NCBI GenBank assembly: GCA_043801155.1
Contig: JAZDMI010000028.1
Span: 35,389-99,388, forward strand
Source of the DNA: Candidatus Gottesmanbacteria bacterium
Lineage (GTDB): Bacteria > Patescibacteriota > Microgenomatia > JAMCYU01
Length of the DNA: 64,000 nt
Reading direction: 5' to 3'
Shown: positions 10,201 to 17,317 of the stretch, in pieces
Layout: every line of letters begins with the position of its first letter
Numbering within the stretch: the stretch's first letter is position 1
Made by a program: the position numbers and the translations under genes
The notes under the pieces: generated by a model
What the model was told of the DNA's origin: nothing
What the model saw: only the letters and a program-made list of their open reading frames with translations
Database searches by the model: none

Positions 10201-10425
10201 TGCCAATGAGAAGAGTCGAACTTCTGTCAATCGCTTATAACTTTCTCCGCCTTCGGCGGAACGTTTTATCGGCAAGTGGCTACGGCTGGGATCGAACCAG
10301 CGACACATGGCTTATGATGCCACTGCTCTACCACTGAGCTACGCAGCCAAAAAAGTTAAATCGGATAAAAGTGCAAAGCACTTTGCCGATATGAAACGAC
10401 CGCTCTGCCGTTGAGCTACATTGGC
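10201..10425 (-). tRNA. Middle interrupted tRNA, anticodon CAU after removing about 10238-10391
   Basis: GCCAATG/CATTGGC-A acceptor; GCTC-AACGGCA-GAGC D-arm; GTCGT-TTCA|TAA-GCGAT; AGAAG-TTCGACT-CTTCT T-arm. Confidence 0.75.
10277..10348 (-). tRNA. tRNA-Met (CAU), elongator-like, intact, innermost
   Basis: GGCTGCGTAGCTCAGTGGTAGAGCAGTGGCATCATAAGCCATGTGTCGCTGGTTCGATCCCAGCCGTAGCCA forms a full cloverleaf. Confidence 0.93.
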
Positions 10426-10580
10426 AAATAGGAAATCCTTGCTCCCTGCCCCGCCAATGCGACTCTTCGACGCGAAGCTGTAAGCTTCGGGAGAAGCGAG
10501 CATTTGTGGGGTGCCACTGAGCTACCCTAGCTTAGCCTCAATTTTAGCAGAAAAAAAGCAGGAAGTAAATTTATATAGAT

Positions 10581-11183
10581 CTATAGATTCGTGGCCGCTG
10601 GGGTTTTATTGCGGAATTTATCCTGAACGTATATTACTGTGATAGTAAAAACAATAATTAAAAATAGAGAGATACCGTAAACTGCTAATCGTTGGTTGAT
10701 TTGATAAACATAGCTGACCAATTGACTTAGAAGTGTTAGCATGTTAACCACCATTGCCAAGAAAAAAGCACCAGAAGTTAACTTATAAGATGGCTTGAAT
10801 TTCCCAAAAGAAACAAACAGGATCACGGCTAAAACAAACAAAGGAATATAGATAATTGTTTTAACTAATAAATCCTTTGTTTGATACGGCAGCACCTCTG
10901 CTTTTAAATAAGCATTATTAGCTTGCTCGTAGGTTGGATAAGAAACACCAAGGTATTGGTATTGGGACATGCCATTTGCTTGCAGATTATTATTGATTGC
11001 AAATACTGGTGTTTTTGGAGTCTCACCATATAAAGATTTGGTTAAATCACTAGCAATAAATTGAATAAAAACAATTAAGGAAATTCCCAAAAGGAAACTG
11101 ATAATAAGACTTACTCCGGAATATTGTGATTTCGTTACAGGAGTAGCATTAGATTGAGGCAAAGATTCTTCCATTAAATCCAT
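10581..11183 (-). CDS. Hypothetical membrane protein
   Basis: 200 aa, about 4 hydrophobic segments. Confidence 0.7.
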   Translation of the reverse strand: MDLMEESLPQSNATPVTKSQYSGVSLIISFLLGISLIVFIQFIASDLTKSLYGETPKTPVFAINNNLQANGMSQYQYLGVSYPTYEQANNAYLKAEVLPYQTKDLLVKTIIYIPLFVLAVILFVSFGKFKPSYKLTSGAFFLAMVVNMLTLLSQLVSYVYQINQRLAVYGISLFLIIVFTITVIYVQDKFRNKTPAATNL

Positions 11184-11231
11184 TAAATCATTTCCGCGTC
11201 TTACCTGTCAAGCCTTGGAAACCTAGGTTAT

Positions 11232-11267
11232 TGGTTGCGGGAGTTGGAAGGAATACACACATATTTT
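11232..11267 (+). repeat. att-like tRNA-fMet 3'-end fragment (cassette boundary)
   Basis: TGGTTGCGGGAGTTGGAA resembles the antisense fMet 3' end; reads WLRELEGIHTYF. Confidence 0.7.
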
Positions 11268-11845
11268 TACCTTTTCAATTCGTCTAACCCCGATAATTTT
11301 TCTGAAGAATCTCGATATATCTGAGTATCAAATTTAATATTAGAAAATTTTCCTTTAAGATAAAATATTATATTTTTTAACGATCCTTTATCCCAATCAC
11401 TTATATAAATTTCTTCTTTGTGACCATCATTATGGTTGAATATTAACCATATTCGTACTATGGGTATAAATGTTTTTCCTGTAAACATTGGAACTACTTG
11501 TTGTCGGTATCCCACCAAATTAATATCCTTTAGATTAATAATTTTATCCTGAGAAGAGCCCAATACAGGTTTATAGTAATAATATAAGAACTGATCATCA
11601 ATTAAAATTTTATTTTTCTGTAATTGAATAAGTATTATTAAACCTGCGACAATCCAATAGATTGCTAATCCTCCTATAATAAAAATTAACACTTGCAGGG
11701 TTTCTTGAGATGGATATTCTTTATATAAATTAATCGCTTTTGGTAATAACCAAAATCCGAAAAGGATAGTAATAATAATCAACGAACTAACGAGAAGAAG
11801 TCTTCCAAATGAAAATAACGATGGTTTGAATTCAACCTTATTCAT
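11267..11845 (-). CDS. Hypothetical membrane protein with possible PH-like domain (cassette cargo)
   Basis: Two TM helices followed by a beta-rich soluble region. Confidence 0.7.
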   Translation of the reverse strand: MNKVEFKPSLFSFGRLLLVSSLIIITILFGFWLLPKAINLYKEYPSQETLQVLIFIIGGLAIYWIVAGLIILIQLQKNKILIDDQFLYYYYKPVLGSSQDKIINLKDINLVGYRQQVVPMFTGKTFIPIVRIWLIFNHNDGHKEEIYISDWDKGSLKNIIFYLKGKFSNIKFDTQIYRDSSEKLSGLDELKR

Positions 11846-11925
11846 ATGATCACTATACCAAATATGTAAATGAAATGAAAATAAATAAACAAATAGCGCC
11901 CTATTAGACGCTATTTTTATCTCGG

Positions 11926-11982
11926 TTGCGGGGGCTGGAAGAAATACGCACTTACTTCCTGAGTTTTAAAATACAATTTTAG
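11926..11982 (+). repeat. att-like tRNA-fMet 3'-end fragment (cassette boundary)
   Basis: TTGCGGGGGCTGGAA versus tRNA antisense TTGCGGGGCTGGGA at 13576; reads LRGLEEIRTYFLSFKIQF*; preceded by hairpin AAATAGCG...CGCTATTT (11891-11916). Confidence 0.75.
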
Positions 11983-12003
11983 CCTTTTCTTGTAATTATA
12001 TTT

Positions 12004-13494
12004 TTAGTTAACATCATATTCGCTTACATCTTCAAGTATTACACTGTGTTCTTGGCTGTTAGGATCAAACCTAATTAAATCATTAATATCTTGTGAATTT
12101 CTGGTCATTCTAACATATGCCACTTGTGAACTTCTATTCCACATGGCGGTAAATACAGTCCCATAACTTAACTTCTTATTATTTTCTTCTTGCATTATAC
12201 CAAGTAGATTTATTCCAGACGTGGTTTTAGGCTTCAGAAAAACATATTCAGACACGTTAGTTTCTGAATTTTTTATTAAATACGACAACCACATTCCATT
12301 TGGAGACACAGAAGCGTTTGAGACGATTCCTTTATAACCTAAGATTTCCTGTTTTAATATATTATCTGAAGACCAAAGGCTAAATTTGAAATCATAATTA
12401 GGTCTGGTTTCCAAAACGTAGAACTGGTTATCACTAATCCATCCGACGTTATACGATTGACAGGTAACTGATATATCCAAAGGTAATTTTGTTAATTTTT
12501 TATTTGGAAACTCTAAAAGATAAGATTTATATCCCCAAGTATTAAAACATCCCCGAGCCGGAGTTGTAAATTGATAATATGCTATTGCTTTATTACCGTC
12601 GGGAGAAATAGTGACTCCACTCGGAATATTCCATTCCCCACCAGACCACTCTTCGCTTATGGGATCAGGAGTAAATTCCTTATCAAAACTTATAATACTA
12701 AAGTTACCACTTATATCCTCAACTAAAAAATGAATCTTGCTGTTCCAATCAAATGCAAGAACATTTTTGTCTCTTGCCCAGTTATATAAATCATATGACT
12801 GGGAATCTACAGATTTATTAACTAATTTATCTGCAATAGAAATCTCTCTATTGTTAACGAGGTCATAAATTTTTAAGTCATAAGATATTCCTGGAGGATT
12901 AAATGCAATCGAGTCGCCGCTATTTTTGACTTCCATTGGTTCATTTTTAACATCTTCTTTCCATTTCAATAATTTATTAATTGCATCTTTGCTTATTTCT
13001 AAATAAGCAATAATTCTACCATCTCCCGATATTCTCGGTTGGGTGAAAAAATCCTCATCCCACTTAGCATCAACATTATTACCTGTTAAGTAATGACGAG
13101 ATGTGTATTGAATTGGTGTGTGAGTTGTAATTTTAGTTTGATTATTTCCTTCAACAGAACTTGTCCAAACATCACCTCCCCGAATAAAAACTATATTTGA
13201 TGAATCTCTATTATTAACAACTCTGGCGCTGAATGCTTGTGGTTTAACTGGAGGTTTAACTAAAACGGTAGTATCTCTTTCTTTTAATATCTTAGGTGTT
13301 AATAGTCCAAAGCCAAATTTATATAAACAAAGTACTGTGCTAAGGAATACAAAAATGATTAAAAGTATGACCAATATAATTTTAAACTTGGAATTTTTTT
13401 TACTGTTATTTAAAGAAGAACTAGTTGGAGTTGTAATATTCAATTTATCTGATGCTGATAGAGAATTACTATCTACCTCCATTTTCATTTCCAT
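12004..13494 (-). CDS. Membrane-anchored TolB-like beta-propeller protein (cassette cargo)
   Basis: N-terminal TM; repeated ISGDG / ISPDG / VSPNG blade-like motifs. Confidence 0.7.
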   Translation of the reverse strand: MEMKMEVDSNSLSASDKLNITTPTSSSLNNSKKNSKFKIILVILLIIFVFLSTVLCLYKFGFGLLTPKILKERDTTVLVKPPVKPQAFSARVVNNRDSSNIVFIRGGDVWTSSVEGNNQTKITTHTPIQYTSRHYLTGNNVDAKWDEDFFTQPRISGDGRIIAYLEISKDAINKLLKWKEDVKNEPMEVKNSGDSIAFNPPGISYDLKIYDLVNNREISIADKLVNKSVDSQSYDLYNWARDKNVLAFDWNSKIHFLVEDISGNFSIISFDKEFTPDPISEEWSGGEWNIPSGVTISPDGNKAIAYYQFTTPARGCFNTWGYKSYLLEFPNKKLTKLPLDISVTCQSYNVGWISDNQFYVLETRPNYDFKFSLWSSDNILKQEILGYKGIVSNASVSPNGMWLSYLIKNSETNVSEYVFLKPKTTSGINLLGIMQEENNKKLSYGTVFTAMWNRSSQVAYVRMTRNSQDINDLIRFDPNSQEHSVILEDVSEYDVN

Positions 13495-13575
13495 ATGATT
13501 TAAGTATCACATAACCCCAATAAAATATCAAAAAGAATACAAAATAGCGTCTTATAGCGCTCTAATTTAGATTTG

Positions 13576-13645
13576 TTGCGGGGCTGGGAGTCGCGCCCAG
13601 CCTAGGAGATTATGAGCCTCCTGTGCAACTCTACACTACCCCGCG
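13576..13645 (-). tRNA. tRNA-fMet (CAU), initiator
   Basis: CGCGGGG/CCCCGCA-A acceptor with C1:A72 mismatch; loop CTCATAA; T-arm CTGGG-CGCGACT-CCCAG. Confidence 0.88.
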
Positions 13646-13763
13646 ATTCGTTAAAAGAACATAGGTATTATATAGAATTTGATGAGATTACACAAGAAAG
13701 ACATAATTATATGATCCTCATTTTAGAAAAATTTGTAGTAGGATTGAAGGCTTGAGGTTAAAT

Positions 13764-13931
13764 TTATTTAATTATTCCCATCCCCTTAGCTCGCTCTACG
13801 AGGCTCATTAATTGTTGTTGAAGGCTTTCAGCTTCTTCCTGACTTTTAGCATTTTTAAGTGCTTCCTGCACAGCATTAATTTGTTGGATTAGATTTTCTG
13901 CTTCTGGATTGCCACCCATTTCTGCATTCAT
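13764..13931 (-). CDS. Small helical hypothetical protein (55 aa, not in the ORF track)
   Basis: Manual translation MNAEMGGNPEAENLIQQINAVQEALKNAKSQEEAESLQQQLMSLVERAKGMGIIK. Confidence 0.5.
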   Translation of the reverse strand: MNAEMGGNPEAENLIQQINAVQEALKNAKSQEEAESLQQQLMSLVERAKGMGIIK

Positions 13932-13956
13932 AGATTGTTATTCTAACTTCTTTTCT

Positions 13957-14301
13957 TTAAAAAAACAAATTCCGCCATTTTTCCCAATTAGATAAATTTG
14001 CATCGTGTGCCCCACTTAGATCGATTACAGTATTTGGAGAAGGCATAATAACGACAATCTCTCCTTCTCTGGCTAATCCTAATTTTTCCCTGGCTGTTTT
14101 TTCCAGATAAGCCGGGCTTTCAACTTCAGCAAGCTTTTTTTTAAGATCTTTATTTTTATTCTGAAGCTCATTAACTTGGTTTTCGGTGTTTTTTATCCTA
14201 TCGCCTGCCTGCAAAATCTCTCTAATTGATCTAGTTAAATTGATAATTAAAAACAAACCGATAATTATAATTAGAAGGTTAATAATTTTCTTTTTAAACA
14301 T
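13957..14301 (-). CDS. Septum formation initiator (FtsB/DivIC family)
   Basis: TM helix plus coiled coil plus EKTAREKLGLAREGE. Confidence 0.85.
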   Translation of the reverse strand: MFKKKIINLLIIIIGLFLIINLTRSIREILQAGDRIKNTENQVNELQNKNKDLKKKLAEVESPAYLEKTAREKLGLAREGEIVVIMPSPNTVIDLSGAHDANLSNWEKWRNLFF

Positions 14302-14380
14302 AAGTTAGGGCAACGTATTATTAATTTAGTATTATCTATATTGACACATATCACTATGAATGATATTATGAGCTTTAATT

Positions 14381-15247
14381 ATGGCAACTCAAGCACTTGA
14401 TTTAATATCTACTAAACAGAAATTTGTTGAATACCTTCAGGGTCAACGCCGGGCCCAAGCTACTATTTTAGCATATCGAAAAGACATCGACCAGCTCGTT
14501 AGCTTCCTAACAGATATGGGTAAGCAGAATATTGATCAAATTGAGAAGATCGATTTGGAAAGCTTTCTCTCCAAGCTCGGGAAAGATGGTTATACGCCAA
14601 AATCACTTTCACGAAAGCTAAATTCGATTAAGACTTTTTATCGCTTTTTAAAATCATCAGGCTTAACTCAATTTGACCAGGCATCCGATATATCCCATCC
14701 TAAATATGAAATTAAACCGCCGAGAATATTGTCAAAAATGGAATATCGGGCTCTGCGGGATGCCTGCCGGGATGATATCAGAATTTCGGCCATTGTTGAG
14801 TTATTCTTACAAACTGGTTTACGAATTGGCGAGCTAGCTAGTTTACATCTTGAAGATATTAATAATAGTGAAATAACAATTAAGCCTTTTGAGTCACATG
14901 AAGGCCGAAATGTACCAATGAATAAGGCGGCCAAGGCAGCATTAGACCGATATCTTGAGGTTAGACCAAAAACCAAAGATTCTTCAATCTTTATTACTAA
15001 AACCGGGCGTCCACTACTTATACGAAATATCAGAACGGCAATTGACCGTTATTTTAAATTGGCTGGCATTGAGAAGGCTTGCGTTAATGATCTTCGGCAT
15101 ACATTTATTGCTCAACATTTAATGTCCGGCACGCCGCTAACGATTATTTCCAAACTCGCCGGCCACAAAAGGCTATCAACCACGGAAAAATATTTGGATT
15201 TAGTTAAGGATAAAGTCGAGGAAAACGTTAAGCTGGAAGAATTATAA
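14381..15247 (+). CDS. Tyrosine recombinase, XerC/XerD-like
   Basis: SAM-like N domain; TGLRIGEL, NDLRHTF, LAGH, TTEKY. Confidence 0.9.
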   Translation: MATQALDLISTKQKFVEYLQGQRRAQATILAYRKDIDQLVSFLTDMGKQNIDQIEKIDLESFLSKLGKDGYTPKSLSRKLNSIKTFYRFLKSSGLTQFDQASDISHPKYEIKPPRILSKMEYRALRDACRDDIRISAIVELFLQTGLRIGELASLHLEDINNSEITIKPFESHEGRNVPMNKAAKAALDRYLEVRPKTKDSSIFITKTGRPLLIRNIRTAIDRYFKLAGIEKACVNDLRHTFIAQHLMSGTPLTIISKLAGHKRLSTTEKYLDLVKDKVEENVKLEEL

Positions 15248-15261
15248 AATATAATATAGAT

Positions 15262-15858
15262 ATGTCAGTAGATCCAGAAAGATTGGTACGAAAAGTAAAA
15301 GTAGCAACCGAACCACCTAAACAGGAAAAGGCTGCTCAATGGAAAATACCCATTGAGCATCAACCAAACCCAGAAGAACTAGAACTTACCGTTCAAAGAA
15401 GGATTTGGGAAGGCCTTAATCCTCGAAGAATATTACAAGTTATAAATGAAGGAGTTTTTGGTGGGAAAGGTGAAATCGAAGATGTCTATCTTACGACTGT
15501 TGATCTAAATTTCAGTATTAACTACAACACTTATGATCATAATCATTTTATAGGTTTACAATTCCCAAAGGGAACCGACCTATCAAGGACGGTTGGAAAT
15601 ATAGGTTTGGCTGTAGTAGCACATAGCATTTTAGTAATCGGAGGATATTGTCCTAAGGGTAATCGTTGTGTTAGAGTGCCTAGTCCGTGGGGAAAAGGGT
15701 ATGTAGATGAAGTCGAATTGGTTGGAAACGAATTCAAAAAATATTTAAATCCATCTGAACCAAATATTCAAGAACTATTAGAAGGTACTTTAGCCGAGGC
15801 TTCTAAAAACTCCTCTTACCAACCTCCTTCTTATGAACCACCAAATTATTTCGGATAA
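15262..15858 (+). CDS. Hypothetical protein
   Basis: 198 aa ORF, no family recognised. Confidence 0.6.
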   Translation: MSVDPERLVRKVKVATEPPKQEKAAQWKIPIEHQPNPEELELTVQRRIWEGLNPRRILQVINEGVFGGKGEIEDVYLTTVDLNFSINYNTYDHNHFIGLQFPKGTDLSRTVGNIGLAVVAHSILVIGGYCPKGNRCVRVPSPWGKGYVDEVELVGNEFKKYLNPSEPNIQELLEGTLAEASKNSSYQPPSYEPPNYFG

Positions 15859-15859
15859 G

Positions 15860-16387
15860 TTAAAGTATCTTTTCTAATATCCTCGCCTCTTGCACACTCC
15901 ATGGAGAATATTGCGTTGGATCCATTTTGATATTTTCTATTAATTCAATCCAGGGAATCCATTGCCAGTCAGCTACTTCTTCTGGATTGGGAGTAAAATT
16001 ATTATCATCTTCATAATCAACATAAGCAATAAAAATCGGACAGATTTCATTTTCGACAATTCCGCTTTTGTCTTTAAATCGATAGCGATAAGGTGAGGCT
16101 TCTTTAATTTCTCCGGTAAATCTTACATTCAGCTCGCTCTCAAGTCTTCGTCTGACGGCCTCCCCGATACTCTCACCCGGCATGGGATGTCCGCAAATCG
16201 TATTTGACCAAACACCGGGAAAAGTCTTTTTGGAAAAAGCTCTTTGTGTTAAGAGAAGTTCGTTTCTTGAATTAAAGAGGAAAAACGAAAATCCACGATG
16301 AAGAGGAGTATTTTTAGTATGGACAGTGGCTTTATCAGCCGTTCCTATCTCGCGATTTTTATCATCAACCAAAACAACCTTTTCCAT
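15860..16387 (-). CDS. idi: Isopentenyl-diphosphate delta-isomerase type 1
   Basis: LHRGFS, WSNTICGHP, ENEICP, EVADWQW, SPW. Confidence 0.93.
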   Translation of the reverse strand: MEKVVLVDDKNREIGTADKATVHTKNTPLHRGFSFFLFNSRNELLLTQRAFSKKTFPGVWSNTICGHPMPGESIGEAVRRRLESELNVRFTGEIKEASPYRYRFKDKSGIVENEICPIFIAYVDYEDDNNFTPNPEEVADWQWIPWIELIENIKMDPTQYSPWSVQEARILEKIL

Positions 16388-16432
16388 TCTGGAATTTTAA
16401 CATCTTGTATAAAATTGGACAAGATTTAAAAA

Positions 16433-16861
16433 TTAAATTCCTCTCCCTAAGTTTGTCCTAACTAGACTACAAAATTCCCTATATGTCTCAAAATCAATTT
16501 CGGGGACTAAGGGTTTGATATTATATTCAACTTGAGTAATGACGGGTACTTTTCTCCCTGGATGTATGAAATCATTTTGCCAGCTAGAATAGTATATCTT
16601 TTCTTCTCCAACTTTAACTGGCCCATTTTCATCAAATACTGGACAAGTTCTTAAGGCAGATACAAAGGCTTCGGAAAATTTTGCAGAGGTTTCATTTATT
16701 TGTCTAGGGTCTCTTTGCACAGTAATAAGACCAGTTCTTCTCCATACTTCTTCTAATATTTGATCACCTTGACATTCCTCCAAGGTTAAGCCATTCATTT
16801 TTTCCTCTATGCCTGGTTCTACCACGAATTGTTTTTTTAATGTTTCTTGGTCCATAACCAT
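16433..16861 (-). CDS. Hypothetical protein
   Basis: 142 aa ORF with AAGGAG SD. Confidence 0.6.
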   Translation of the reverse strand: MVMDQETLKKQFVVEPGIEEKMNGLTLEECQGDQILEEVWRRTGLITVQRDPRQINETSAKFSEAFVSALRTCPVFDENGPVKVGEEKIYYSSWQNDFIHPGRKVPVITQVEYNIKPLVPEIDFETYREFCSLVRTNLGRGI

Positions 16862-17021
16862 ATGACTTATCTCCTTAAAGTAAAAAATCTCCTTAATGAA
16901 GATTTCGTAGTTGCGAATATTGGTGGAAAAGAAGAATCTACCGCCTTTATGGTGTAAAATCGTAAAAATTTTGCACCATTAATTCTACCTACAATATGTA
17001 TTATAGCACTAAATGCAAATT

Positions 17022-17217
17022 TGGTGGATCTGGAAGGAGTCGAACCATCTGCATCGACTTTAGCTTGTCAACAATTGACAAGCGCTTAAAATTTTTGTGG
17101 GCACACTTGGATTCGGACCAAGGACATCTACTTTATAAGAGTAGCGCTCTACCGCTGAGCTATGTGCCCTTCAAATTTTAAGCTAAGAGTCGCGTTCTAC
17201 CGGTGAACTACGGCTCC
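17022..17217 (-). tRNA. Middle interrupted tRNA, anticodon UAU (Ile) after removing 17063-17183; degenerate stems, possibly a pseudogene
   Basis: GTTC/GAAC D-stem; perfect CGACT/AGTCG anticodon stem with CTTA|TAA loop; encoded CCA; 2 acceptor and 1 T-stem mismatches. Confidence 0.65.
17098..17169 (-). tRNA. tRNA-Ile (UAU), intact, innermost
   Basis: GGGCACATAGCTCAGCGGTAGAGCGCTACTCTTATAAAGTAGATGTCCTTGGTCCGAATCCAAGTGTGCCCA; loop CT-TAT-AA. Confidence 0.9.
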
Positions 17218-17227
17218 AAATTTATCA

Positions 17228-17303
17228 GCTAAGAATAGCGCTCTACCCGCCTGCAAAAACTGATGCTTTAGCATCTGCGGGCAGGCCGCTGAGCTACGAG
17301 CCC
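17228..17303 (-). pseudogene. 5' half of an outer Ile-like tRNA with a 40 bp palindromic insertion in the D-loop; 3' half decayed or absent
   Basis: GGGCTCG-TA-GCTC-AGCGG[insert 17285-17246]TA-GAGC-G-CTATT-CTTA; only a weak TAT-AATAC remnant near 17000. Confidence 0.6.
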
Positions 17304-17317
17304 TGGAGGGAATTTTA

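Larger units (their letters stand above)
10126..10531 (-). tRNA. Outer interrupted tRNA (rejoined loop TTCCTAT, possibly Arg-CCU) with a D-loop insertion and two nested tRNA genes; may be a pseudogene
   Basis: Acceptor GCTAGGG (10531-10525) pairs with CCCTAGC-A (10133-10126); T-arm GTGGG-TCCGACT-CCCAC; D-stem GCTC/GAGC split by about 65 nt; anticodon stem AGGAT/GTCCG. Confidence 0.6.

Noticed and set aside
10093-10308. 71 aa ORF in the track
   Set aside because: It is read through tRNA sequence; a shadow ORF.
10238-10391. Group I intron explanation for the tRNA inserts
   Set aside because: After subtracting the passenger tRNA only about 50-80 nt remain, too short for a group I core, and no such core is recognisable.
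16996-17181. 61 aa ORF in the track
   Set aside because: Antisense to the nested tRNA genes.
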